Assembly (NCBI GenBank): GCA_037447605.1
Contig: CM074806.1
Span: 4,898,001 to 4,962,000, forward strand
DNA from: Zygnema circumcarinatum SAG 698-1b
Lineage: Eukaryota > Plantae > Zygnematophyceae
DNA length: 64,000 nucleotides
Direction of reading: 5' to 3'
The notes beneath the pieces were generated by a model, which was not told the origin of the DNA, searched no databases, and worked only from the letters and a program-made list of their open reading frames with translations. Positions 37,750 to 54,400 of the stretch are shown here, one piece after another (the stretch's first letter is position 1; each line of letters opens with the position of its first letter). Made by a program: the position numbers and the translations under genes.

Positions 37750-39741
37750 ATGAGCGCTTCCAGTCCCCAGAAGGTCCGCCTTCCTTACTGTTTGGCTAGA
37801 TGCAGCCAGAGAGCACGCTAATTTTGACAATGCGATCAAGTACAAGCAAAGTTAGCGGTTTTAAAGTGATTTACCTTGTGTTGTTTTGGAGTTTTTGACA
37901 TAAATTCTTCGATGAAAGATTATTTGACTCAATCGTTGCACTTCTAGTTTGCATTTAGTTTTTCAAACCTTGGCCAATCTCACAGTTGCTCGCCAGGGCT
38001 GACTGGGGAACATTGCTGCAATTTGGTGGCAATGCTCCTGAAACAAGTCGTTTTTCTTTTATGATGAGGACGGAGAGTGCTGCATACCACAACTTTGGAC
38101 TGAAGCCAGGGGTATGCATGAACGCTCTTAGCTTACAGGCATCACTCTTGTTACGGGGTGCAGGCACTAAGTAGGATTGCTGCGAATCGGTTGCAAAAAG
38201 AGCTTATGGAATGGCAGGTTAATCCACCGGCCGGTTTCAGGCATGAAGTTACCGACAACTTGCAGCGGTAAGCTGCCGAATTGGCTTTCAACATTTGATT
38301 TGGAGTTTGAACGATTTATTGATGAAGCATTCTATCTTCTCCTGCTTTCGCAATAACTTGGATCATGTCTCGTGGGGTGGAACTACCGCAGTACACTCTA
38401 AGTTCGATACTGTTGGAGGTTAAGTAGCTCCTTTTTCTTTAGTTTCTAAATCCGAAGATCCTCCAAGAGTGGTTCACAGGAATGATTTAAATGCAGAAAC
38501 GGTTGTTCAGGTGGATCATTGAGGTGCATGGGGCTCCTGGGACCTTATACGCAAACGAGCTTTTTCATTTACAAGTTGATTTTCCCGAGCATTATCCGAT
38601 GGAGGCTCCACAGGTGAGTGACTGTTTAGAGAAATCATGAATTATATTCTTATTCTAGGTGCAGCTTAGCAACTAGGGACCTAGAAATATATAGATCCTA
38701 GTGATTTTTTTTTGGCAGTATTTACTCTGCAGACATGGGGGTTTGACTTCGAAGGGTAGTGCAGGAAGATGTGTGGGAAGCAAATTCAAATTGTGGGCAC
38801 AGGAGAGATAGTGCACAGGAAAATATGTCATTGTGTATGGTATTGCTCATGGAGGTGATTGATTACTCTTTGACGATTACAACACAACTGTGGGTGGATT
38901 TTTCTTGGAGAGCGGATCGGCAATTTGACAGGCTTGCTTGTGCTGCACGATGACGCACAGTACAGTACTACAGTACTCTCAATGAATTTCAATATGCTAA
39001 TTGTTTCAGTTGGTAAATGCTTTTTATAGCACAGTTTCCGTTAACTTGGCCACATGTGGCTTTTTCATTGGGTTTTTTGTTTTTTACAGGTTATTTTCGT
39101 GCAAAATCCCCCCCTACATCCACACATTTACAGCAATGGTCATATCTGCCTCGGTAAGGATCTGAAACCAAACTGCTTAAGCTATTCAGGTTTGTTGTCA
39201 TATATAGTTGATTAAACCGAAGGATTCACCTTCCCCTATTTGCTTCTGAAAAATAGTTTTTCCTATGTTGGCAATATTGTCATTGAAATGTTTGAAACCC
39301 TCTGACAGCAGAGTGTGCGGCTTTTTCAGACATCCTCTATGACTCGTGGTCACCAGCTATGACTGTGAGCTCCATCTGCATCAGCATTCTTTCCATGCTG
39401 TCGAGTTCAACAGAGAAGGTACACGTTATTCCCAAGTTATGAGTCTAATTCAAGTTGCAATTCATTTTGAATACTTTCAACATAGACTCTGGTTTTTATC
39501 GGGTGCTTCTTAAGGTTATTAAATCAAGGAGGCTTCCTGTACTGCTCAGATTGCCATGGGTTGCATTTTCTCTGCTACACAGGTATCTCATTTGCTCTTC
39601 TTTCAAGTAGGTTGATGCAAATACTGTTGGGCTACCTTTCTGCAGACGAGGCCTCCGGACAATGAGCGGTATGTCAAGAACTGTAAAAATGGAAGATCCC
39701 CGAAGGACACAAAATGGTGGTTTCATGACGACAAAGTGTGA
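37750..39741 (+). CDS. UBE2W: Ubiquitin-conjugating enzyme E2, UBE2W / plant UBC15-18 type, multi-exon
   Basis: MSASSPQK|ALSRIAANRLQKELMEWQVNPPAGFRHEVTDNLQR|WIIEVHGAPGTLY...VDFPEHYPMEAPQ|VIF...HPHIYSNGHICL|DILYDSWSPAMTVSSICISILSMLSS|...WWFHDDKV, with TGA at 39739-39741. Confidence 0.96.
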
Positions 39742-39895
39742 TTGGAAGGTTTTTTTTACAGCCCTTCCGGAAGTTGTGGTCAGCTGGACAATAGCTGTCC
39801 CGCCAGTTGTGCATAAGTGGCAGGAGAAGAAGAACAAGAGGGCAGAAGAAGAAGTAGAAGGAGGGTCTTCATATGGAGAGATGATTGCGGCTCCT

Positions 39896-41100
39896 TCAAG
39901 TGGTGGAGAGAGTAGAAATTGCTCTTTCATTCTCCTTCAGCAGGCGGTTCTTGCATGGGTGAAGCAGCTTCCAGGCGGATGGTGAATCCTTTCGTGCAGG
40001 AAAGGAATGGACGACAGAGCCTCTTTGGATGAGTGACGACGGTCGTCTGCTACAAGAGTCAGTGCGGAAGCTGGAGCGTCTAGACGAGCTTGTCGGTGCA
40101 ACGAACATTCTTATTCGGGTTCTAGTGGCCAATTTGTAGATAAAAAAAAACAAAGATCTCTGTAGAGTGTTTCATAAGCTGCATTCCCTCTCTGTACCTG
40201 TTCCTTAACTGAAGATAAGCTCTACGGAGCCCGTCCCGCTCGCTCGGCAACAGCCGGAGGCATGTGAATGAAATGGTCACCAGCTGGTCTTCCTGTCGGA
40301 AAATGTCTAATAATTCCATTCAGATTCCATCGAGGATCTGCATTCGTTTGAGAAGTGATGGACAGCGGCTCACCCTCCTGAACATCTGCATCTGATGCTG
40401 GCTGCCTTGACTTGACTTGCCGATTGGACTGAACGCGGAGTTCCTTCTGCGGAGTGTCGATGGCCCGGGCGAGCATTGCCACTCCCTCCCTCTGCGTATG
40501 AGACTTTTCCTGCAGCAGCGACCGCATGCGAGTATCTCCCCCGCAGCCCCCCTGGCCCCAGGCAGCACAGCGCCCACCCGCCCGCCCGCCCGCCCGCTCC
40601 CAGGCTCGGCGCTCGCCCAGGCCCGCAACCCCGCGCGAGCCTCCCGCGTGGCACGCGTGCGGCACAGCGGAAGAGTGGCGGGGGGGACACGCTCTGCTGA
40701 TCTGCGGTGCGCGGCTGCGCGCTCGCAGGGAGAGCAGAGCGGACACTGCCACTGCGGGGGATGTGGCGGAGCCTCGCGCAGCACAGAGCCGGGAGGAAAG
40801 GCGGCGAGACGCGCAGCGGTAGGCGTGGGGGGTCTATCTGAGCAGGTTCCCCTCGGCGGCCGAGCTCCATGTGCGGGGGTCTCCTCTTCCGTGGTGCCTC
40901 TAGCCTAGGCCATTAGACTCGAGCTGAGGACAGAATCAATAGGCAATGTACTTAAAGCTGACCATGGCTGGGGAAATTTTTCACTATGGACAAAGGGTTT
41001 CCTTACAAGGCTTGTTTGTCTAAGCTGGGCGATGGGGATGACTGGGTGCACCTTGCAAAGGGACATATCAATCTGGCTCTCTCTCTATCTCCATCTCTAA
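39896..41100 (-). other. Possible unidentified gene (orphan) between UBE2W and PGAM
   Basis: GC-rich coding-like block at 40480-40870 with ATG at 40870, a GA-rich tract on the minus strand (41075-41095), and an upstream cluster of GTAC and CACGT motifs. No recognisable homology and no unique splice model. Confidence 0.3.
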
Positions 41101-41547
41101 AAGCACTCCACACCACTCTAAAGCAAGAAGGGAAGTAGCTCTGGAAGGGAAAGAAAACACCACACACAAAACACACAAGTACTAAGGCCAGCACTACAAG
41201 ACCAACCAACAGCAGCTGTGACCCCAGCTGTCAGTGTCTGCCAGTCAATCCTGGCCGTACCAGCAACAGGGCGCGGCAGACTCACACAAAATAATGTTGC
41301 GAATACATCGAGTGGTTAGTGGCCCCTCCGGCAGCGCACCGCGTCACGTCACGTCACGGCTCACACGGCACTCCCACGCGGAGGCGAACAGGCCGTACTG
41401 CTCGTGCCATTCGCACTCTTTCGTACAGTTTTCGTACGGATCATACTTGTCGCACGCTTCTCCGTACTGTGATTGGTCCGATTTGAACTGTTCCATGCGG
41501 TCACGTCACGAGCACGACGAGGGGGCACGCCTCGGGCCGCCTCCGAT

Positions 41548-41618
41548 CCGGGCCTGCTGCCGGGCCTGCTGCCGGGCCTGCTGCCGGGCCTGCTGCCGGG
41601 CCTGCTGCCGGGCCTGCT
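41548..41618. repeat. 12-bp tandem repeat (CCGGGCCTGCTG) x5.9
   Basis: Five perfect units from 41548 plus an 11-nt partial unit. Confidence 0.97.
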
Positions 41619-42213
41619 TGCGGACCCAACCCGAGCCGAACCGACCCCGCGTCGGTGTAGCCGGCGCGGACTTGCAATACCAATGAAGGGGAAAACTAAA
41701 ATAGTCAGGGACTGACGATTAGGGGGACGCCGCCCAGCTTTGGACCAATGATAAAAGGGAGACCCTTAGCCGTTTCCAGTGACTTATAAAACATCCTAGC
41801 CATAGATATACGACTTATAAGAAATGGCTGGCCACACGTTAGCAACAGTTGGTCAGGAACTACCCAAGTTAATTTGATATTTTTGTTTCATAATCGCTTG
41901 GATTTTAGTGGCCACTCTTAGTTAGAATTTGCTAGCTAGGACCGATTTAGCTCTAGGAGTCACTTCGTGTAAGCTGCTTGTACCGGACTGTTCCAGGAGG
42001 GGCCTTTCGGGCCATGGGGCCATGCCGTCATGGGGCCATGCCACCATGGGGCCATGTCCGTGCGGCTGTACGGGCTGAGGCGCGGGCGGGCCGCCGCGTA
42101 CGCGAGCGGAGAGGCGTTCCGCCGCCGGCCGTCGCGGCGCTGCCCTCGTCCTTTCGCCCTCGCATCCTCCCGCCTACGCCCGCCCACTCGCCCTCCCGCA
42201 GCGCAGCGTAGTC

Positions 42214-44805
42214 ATGGCGGCCGCTGCCAAGCTCCACTGCGCAGCGACCATGACAAGGGCGCCACCGCATCATCTGACTGCTGCCGCTGGATTTCGCTCT
42301 GCCCGCCCCGTGCTCCTCGCTGCTCGCGTTGCCTGCTCGCCGAGGAGAGGCAGCTGGAGACTGCACGTAGCGGCAGCGGACGGCAGCGCCAATGGCAGCC
42401 CCAGCGTTGCTGAGGTGGCCACTGAGAGCAGTGAGTTCCGTTCTGCAGGGCGCTGCTGCTCTCTTTCTGCTGAGCTTAACTTTGCGTCCAGTGGTGGTCC
42501 CCTGACGAAGCGGACAGGCTGGGCGCCATGGCAGAAGCTGCGGCGCTGATTCTCATCCGCCACGGCGAGTCGCTCTGGAATCAGAAGAACCTCTTTACCG
42601 GCTGTGTAGACGTGCCATTGTCACAGAAGGGAGTGGAGGAGGCGCTGGAAGCTGGAAAGAGGATATCTGACATTCCCGTCGATCTTATCTTTACATCTGC
42701 TCTGATCAGGGCGCAAATGACCGCTATGCTGGCCATGACCCAGCACCGCAAACAGAAGGTCACTCTCTTGACAACGCGAACATACCGGAAGATGTCTAGC
42801 AAGCTTAGTTCGCAATTTTGTTGCATCATCGTCACTTCATAATCTTGGATATGACGCTTTTTTGTCTCGCTTCCGTTAATTGCATCCATTGCCAACATCG
42901 ATCGATAGAGTTCTCAGCACTGCAGGCGGCAATTGAAGATATGCTTCAGCATCTCTGGCTAGGGTGGTGCCCGTCACTTGCCGCCAATCCACGGTCCCTT
43001 CAGCACCACAGAAAGGATTTCTTATTCTGAAGCCGCAGCATAGAAGCATGTTGAATTGTCTGTCCGTTGTTGTGTTTGAAGGAGGCCTCGTTGAAGGCAC
43101 TTGTCGAGGTCGTGTATCTATAGTTCAAGATTTAAAGGTTCTTAATGGTAGTAGTTATCTTGTTTCGAATATCGGCTGACATTGTTGCACTTGATTGAAT
43201 AGGTGCCCGTCATTCTCCACCAAGAAAGTGAAAGGGCGGTCAATTGGAGCACGATTTTCAGCAGTGAGACTGAAAAGGAGGTTATCCCTGTGGTTACGGC
43301 TTGGGAGCTTAATGAACGCATGTGAGTCTTTCCATTCAGAGGTGAATCTGATATTCTTTTAGAATGTACGTGGCAGGAGTTCTGACACTTTCTGAAAAGG
43401 CGAACACAGTTATCCTATCGGCCTTGTTGCTCGTTTATTGGTTTTAGGCACTGTTTGGTCCTGATTGAAAACGTTTTTCTGCCTCTCTTCAAAGTCACAC
43501 AGAACTTGAGGGATCCCAGTCATTTTGGAACGTAAAATGTTTGGACTTACGCCCGTGGCTAGAATATTTTCTTGGTCTTGCATAATCTTGTTGAAGACAG
43601 TTAATGTGCTGGATGGCCTTCACTTCCTTCTTCTCCCACTTGTTGTAATTGCATGGTATTTGTGATGATTTGTCCTTGCAGGTACGGAGAGCTCCAAGGT
43701 TTGAACAAACAAGAGACAATAGACAAGTATGGGGAGAAACAAGTAAAAGAATGGCGTAGGAGCTATGATATTCCACCCCCGAATGGTGAGAGCTTGGCTA
43801 TGTGTGCAGAGCGAGCAGTAGCTTATTTTAAGGAGAATGTGGAACCAGAGCTAAATGCCGGCAAGAACGTTCTTATCGCTGCACATGGAAACTCGTTGCG
43901 CTCTATCATTATGTATTTGGATCGCCTCACTTCGCAAGAGGTGAGTTACTTGCGGTATCCTTCCTGAAAGTATACAGATTGCTATTTTGTTTGCAAGTAC
44001 ACCTCGTGATATGGGCGCTCATTTTCATTGCCCAACTTCTACTCTGCCGTCGGTGGTGGTTTGTTCCAACCTTGAACATGTAGAGGTTAAACTGGATCAC
44101 GGCTCAACGGGCAACTCTTTTGCTCTTGATTGTTTGTGGTGCGCCTACTCTTCACTGTCATTTGCTCACCTCCAACTGGAACGCGTTCATGGAGAACGGC
44201 ATTGACATGTGAGTGAATGGTGACTGCTACATGCCGCCTTGTTCAATCTTGTACTAGCGCAATGTGTCGGGCGCAGGTGATTGAGCTCGAACTCTCAACT
44301 GGCATTCCGATGCTCTACGTTGCCAAAGATGGGAAATTCTTCCGGAGGGGTTCCCCGCTGGGCCCTACCACCACTGGAGTCTTTGCACTCACACCGGTAA
44401 GAAATTTGGAAAGGTCGACCACAAAGCAATTTGTTTATGCGAACGAACGTCGAGGCACTTACAAATGCACGATCATAGTCATCGCTAGCGATTTGTATTG
44501 TCTTTTGTATTTGAGCCTTCTTTTGGGCCATGCAAGTTTTGAGCTCTAATCACCGATGAGTTATGTGTTGCTGCCAAGTGACAGTCAGACTTAGGGCAGC
44601 TGAAGGGTTGTTAGTGGAATGACTTGTTGTGGGAGGTGAGTGTGAACCTTGCCTCCCGTGCTAGATAGCTGCGCTCCTCCTTTGCTGCTCTCCTGCCTCC
44701 GGGAGCTGCAGGGGAACAGTAATGACCGCTTGCGTCTCATACGTTTCCACTGCCGCTTCGCAGGACCTTGCGCAATACCGCCAGATGCTGGACACAACAT
44801 CCTAA
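42214..44805 (+). CDS. PGAM: 2,3-bisphosphoglycerate-dependent phosphoglycerate mutase with N-terminal plastid transit peptide, multi-exon
   Basis: Ala/Arg/Ser-rich N-terminus, then ALILIRHGESLWNQKNLFTGCVDVPL, LNERMYGELQGLNK, WRRSYDIPPPNGESL, VLIAAHGNSLRSIIMYLD, ELSTGIP and a last exon DLAQYRQMLDTTS ending TAA at 44805. Confidence 0.95.
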
Positions 44806-45611
44806 ATATGTGGAAGTGGTGGACGCGCTTCTTAGAGCTTAAAGCCGTGTCCATTGTCATATAGTGCTTGTGCAGCTTCACCTGTGGATCATTATTAATA
44901 GTTTGGATTTCTGGTGTGGCAAGTGCTGAACAGAAAGCTGTCTTAGCCCCGCTTCACTTTTTTATCGAACTCTGCACAAGCTTAGAAGTGGACTGTACAG
45001 ACTATTAAAGATTACCCTTTCGGAGGAAGTTAGTTCTCTTTAGTGATTGTCGGATATGAGCTAAGAGATTGTAGAAAGTCAATCTGACAATGGTGCACAG
45101 CATTTTTAGGCAGTGACATCGATTAAGCAGTTGTTTATTATATCCACTTGTGGTGCTTTGCGAAGTGCGCAGAGAGTGTGCAATCCTGATATACGTCCTT
45201 CCGAAGGACATCCAATACGAGAGGTGGCAGCCTGTAGCAATCGGTCTTTACTCGATGCGAACTAAACGTTCCAAAGCCGGCTTGGAAATTGTGAGAATGT
45301 CACTTGTGCGACATCGGGAATCGCACCTGATTTCAATCCACCGCACCCGTTGAAAGATGCATCTTCCAAAGAAATGTATGTAAAGCAAAGCCATGGGTTA
45401 TTTTTTGTACGATGTAGAGTGCATTTCACAATGGACTCTAGCCATCAACTATCGCAATAAGTAGATGGAGTTAGGGTGATGGGCGTTCAGGGTTGGAGCT
45501 ACTCGTCGGCGAGGCCGCTTTTTGAAAAGACCAGCGTATGATGGCCAACGCTTCTCCATGGCAAGGTTGGAGTTTCCAACCAGCAGCGGTTGGACTTCGA
45601 GAGCACATGCG

Positions 45612-50462
<4,851 letters not shown>

Positions 50463-50653
50463 CGCGTCCCCCTCCTCTCCCCTCTCCCTCAACCCCCTCT
50501 TCCTCGCCCTCTCTGCCCTTCCCCCCCTCCCGCTCGCTCTCCTTTCCTCTCTCCCTTTCTCTCTCACCCCCGCTCGCTCTCCTGTCCTCTCTCCCTGTCT
50601 CTCTCACCCCCCCCCCCCGGGGCGGTCCCTCACCGCGGAGAGGCAGTCGCACA

Positions 50654-50671
50654 CCGTACGGCGCCGTACGG
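50654..50671. promoter_or_regulatory. Tandem palindromes CCGTACGG x2 about 190 bp upstream of RIO2
   Basis: ccgtacggcgccgtacgg at 50654-50671, just upstream of the GA-rich leader on the minus strand. Confidence 0.5.
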
Positions 50672-50902
50672 CATGTGGAGGCGGCCGCCGCCCTCTCCCG
50701 CAGGGTCAAACGGCCCTCGATAATGGTATGGGTTGCGCTTGATAAAGTGAATTTAGTTACTTTGTTGAAAAAACAATGGGAAGAATGGGCATTGGTCTCG
50801 CATCACATGGACGTGGATAAAATCGAAATGGGAACCACGAAGAGCCTAGCCGGTCACAAGGGACCTGCGGTAAAATCAAATGAAAAAACGACGAGCTGAA
50901 TG

Positions 50903-50911
50903 AAACCCTAA
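50903..50911. promoter_or_regulatory. Telo-box AAACCCTAA upstream of RIO2
   Basis: Exact 9-mer followed by a partial second copy. Telo-boxes are known from promoters of plant ribosome-biogenesis genes, but a single 9-mer can occur by chance. Confidence 0.3.
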
Positions 50912-51474
50912 AACCCTGTTGTGGAAGTTGACGTTCAACGACGACGTGCTTGCGGATCTTCGATGGATGCAAGTCAGTCCGACCCGTTACCTCCACGCCC
51001 TTCCACGCTTCGTACAACTGCCCAGCTGTGCCACGATTGTGAACGGAGGAGGAAGCAACGACCATGTGTGGCGTTATCGTCTCCCCTCGCGAGCGCAGAG
51101 AGGCCGAGAGGCCGAGAGGCGCTGCGCAGGTGGCTGCCGATGGTGGACGACCAGTTGACGATTAAATCGTAATAGAAGTGAATGCACCTCCAGCCAACAG
51201 ATCGATTCACTCAAACGAGTAAATTTGTTGCACTATGCAATGATCCAAAGACAAAAATATGTTGACCTCAGCATTTTGGCCAAGTCACTTAACCGATGGT
51301 GCAACATACGCACCATGAACAGCCATGAGCACTGCACTTTCTACTGACATATGTCAGCTTTTCAGAAAATATATGGAGCCTGACATTGACAAGGTTCACC
51401 CTACGCTCTGCTCGGCAATGACAGTGCCACGCGGAACCATCATCGTATCTGCTGGCGTGGTCCTGCGAGGCTCA

Positions 51475-54400
51475 TCATCGTTCCCACAGTGCCTTCACTT
51501 GCTCCTGCAAGCGCCTGAGCTGTGCGGCCACCTTCCCTGTCACGACTCCTCCCGCCAGCAGCGCGGCGTCAACAGCGTCGGCCACAGCCTCCAAATCAAC
51601 AACTTCATGGACGGCCTCCTTGGGGAAGAGCGCGGGCAGCGCTTCCAGTGCCGTCGCGCACATGCGAAGAGCCTCTGCCCGCCTCGCAGCTTTAGCAAAC
51701 TCTGTGCGAGGAACAAGCAGCAGCAGAGAGCCCAGTGCGGGCAAAAGAGGACGGAGAGCTTCAGCGAGCCCAGGCAGGGTGGGGCGACGTTGGAATAAAC
51801 GCTGGAGAAACTGACAAGCTTCCGCACGTACAAACTCGGTGCGCCCCTTGGAGCAATAATGCAGCAGAGGAGGGAGAATTTCAGCGCCCACCCAGGGATA
51901 TCGCTCCACAGCGCGAGTGAAAAACGACATTGGGAGGTGGCTCCGCTTGCCCAAAGCAGTATCCATGGCTTTGGCCATCACTCCCTGCAAGGCCTGTGGC
52001 CCCCCTGCTGCTTGCAGGACCTTCAGGACCCACAAACAACAACTGCCAGCTGTCTCTGCCACTCGGTTGTTGAGTGCTCGAGCTGCGACATCCATGCACT
52101 CCTCCAGCACAGTTTGGACACGCGCCTCCTCGACATGTGAGCCCTTTGGATAATCGCCACGTCCAAACCGTCGTCGGAGCAGAGCTTCGATAGCAGAGGC
52201 AAGAGAGGCGGTGGGGGAGGCCTGGGCCCCCGCGAGCGCCTGCAGCAGCGGCACGGGGACTTCCAGGACTAGGGGACTCCCTGGACAGCGCCGCAAAAAC
52301 GTGTCCAGCAAGCCGAGGACTCGCAGGCGGAAGTGCTCTCGCTGAGTCTGGAGGCTCTTGCTGCTGTCAGCCTCCTCCTTGGCCAGCTTCAGACGCTGAG
52401 CTAAGAGACCGTCGATTCGGAACATCGCCTCATCATCAAGCGGCTCATCGTCACTTTCATCGTTGCCATCATCATGATTGCGAGCTGAGGAAACTTCTTC
52501 CAATGCTGCTGTAAGCTTGGCATTGCCATCGACACTAGGCTCTTCTTCTCCGTTCTCCAATTCGACTGGAAGATCGTCATCCTCTCCTTCCAAAGGGCTA
52601 TCATCATCATCCTCCTCACTGCTGTCCTCAGCAATCAGTGTCTGTTCCTCACCTTCAACAGCACGCTGTCGGCGAGTATTGGAAGGGGTCTCTCTAATAA
52701 CGCGAAGGAGGTCCTGGATAGAAGTTTGTGTGAGGTCATCACAGAAGGCATCAAAACACTGCTCCACAGCACTGCGGATCGGGGGAGATGGCTGCGTGAG
52801 AAGCGAGAGCATGATGTCCAGCAAGACATCCATCGCCTGTGGAGGATCAGCATCAGCTGAAGGCCCCCCTTCTGCCTGAAAGGCTATAACCGAAGGGAAG
52901 ATACGACAAGTGACAGCTGCGAGCTCTTCGGCAACTCCGAGGCCGGGGTCAGTAAAAAGCAGCCCGTGCAGCAGCGAGAGGGCGAATACCTCCTCCAGTG
53001 ACTTCGCACGGCTGTCATTAGTTTCTACCTGAGGGAAAACCAAACCCCGCACTTCACGTCAGTCTCAACTCTGGAAGCCGGCGATTCTCATGCTGAAACA
53101 AGAAAAGACACTTGATGAAGAACAGGCTGAATTTGCAGACTTCTTCTATAAGAATAATGAGCTTTTTTAGTAAATATTTTTCTTCCGCTAAAAGTTCTTC
53201 TTTGTGGGAATCAATATTTTCTCCTTGTTTATAGTTTTCTTTTATTTCTTTAAAAAAAGTAATTAGTTGTCTAATTTCTTGCTGTAGAGAGTTAAAATGT
53301 GACAATAGAGTTTCATTAGGAATTTTGCAAGCTTCCACTTCCATCATTACAATCTCCGCCTCAGTGCCGCTAACAATCGTTTCTAAATTGTTCTCCTGGC
53401 TTATTAAATCAGCAGCAGCTAATAAAGGTGCTTGAAAGTTATGCTTCTCACCAGGTGGGAGCTCAAGCTCTGCAGACTCGCATGGAGCTGCTTCACAGTT
53501 TTGCGATTCTCAGGGGTGAGAGGAGTTGCGAGTGGGCAAGCAGCACTGCGGACACAGCGCACAGCGAGGCCGGCCAGCTGCGCCGGCAAGCGTGCAGCTT
53601 CCGTCTCAGCGCCGTCTTGCGCGCTAAGCTGTCGGCCCCCTGCCTTGGGAGCAGCTCGCCGAACAGCCGCCAGCAGAGCAAGGAGCCTTTCTCTGCACAG
53701 GGTACGAGTGGCAAGGGAAACGGCAACGTCTGGCCCCTCATTTGCCTCGGCTGGCAGCCACTTACATGAAGTGGGTCCTGGGGGCAGCTGACAAAGCGCA
53801 TGCACAAGAAGAAAATGCAAGACCTCTCTCTGCAATCGGGTGCATATTCCCGCGGCCCCAGAAATTTGGGGCTGGCGGCATGCAGCGACCATTTGCTCCA
53901 CAATGAGCCGCCTTCGCTCGCTCACTATGTCATTCAACTCGACTATTCTGGTCCCAGTCTCTCCTGTCGTCGTGCAAGCCTCCAGGAAAGATCTTCGAAG
54001 CGAAGCAACGAGAGTCTGAGCCCCGGCTGGATCAAGGCCCACTGTCAAACGGGCTACAGCACCAGTGTGAGTGAGAGCATCAAAACGGCCTCTCGAATGC
54101 TCCTGCAAAGCGCCCAAAAGAGCCGCGCGAGCAGCCCCATGCTCCTCTGCCCAGGCCTCCAGACGCGCTAGGCAGCGCTTGGCAGAAAAATGTAGCAGTG
54201 TCTTCTTGTCCTTGAGAGCATCCACGAGGCACCGCACAAGGGGCTTTGAGACAAGGGACGGCGCCTGCGCTGCGGGGAGCCGAGGCAGCATGAGCAGCAG
54301 CAGCTCCAAGGCCAGATGCCGCCTCTCATGGCTGGACAGCAGGAGGCCTTCATCCACCACCGTCCTCCAAAAGACCGCCACTTGTTCGAGTCCACATGGG

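Noticed and set aside
41548-41618. Short repeat arrays as a possible CRISPR
   Set aside because: Repeats are head-to-tail with no unique spacers, no cas genes are present, and the context is eukaryotic.
41685-41960. AT-richer block with agggac motifs as a second MITE
   Set aside because: No convincing terminal inverted repeats or target-site duplication could be delimited.
51472-51477. Double TGA at the MYBBP1A end as readthrough or selenocysteine
   Set aside because: No SECIS-like element or conserved downstream frame is evident, and tandem stops are common.
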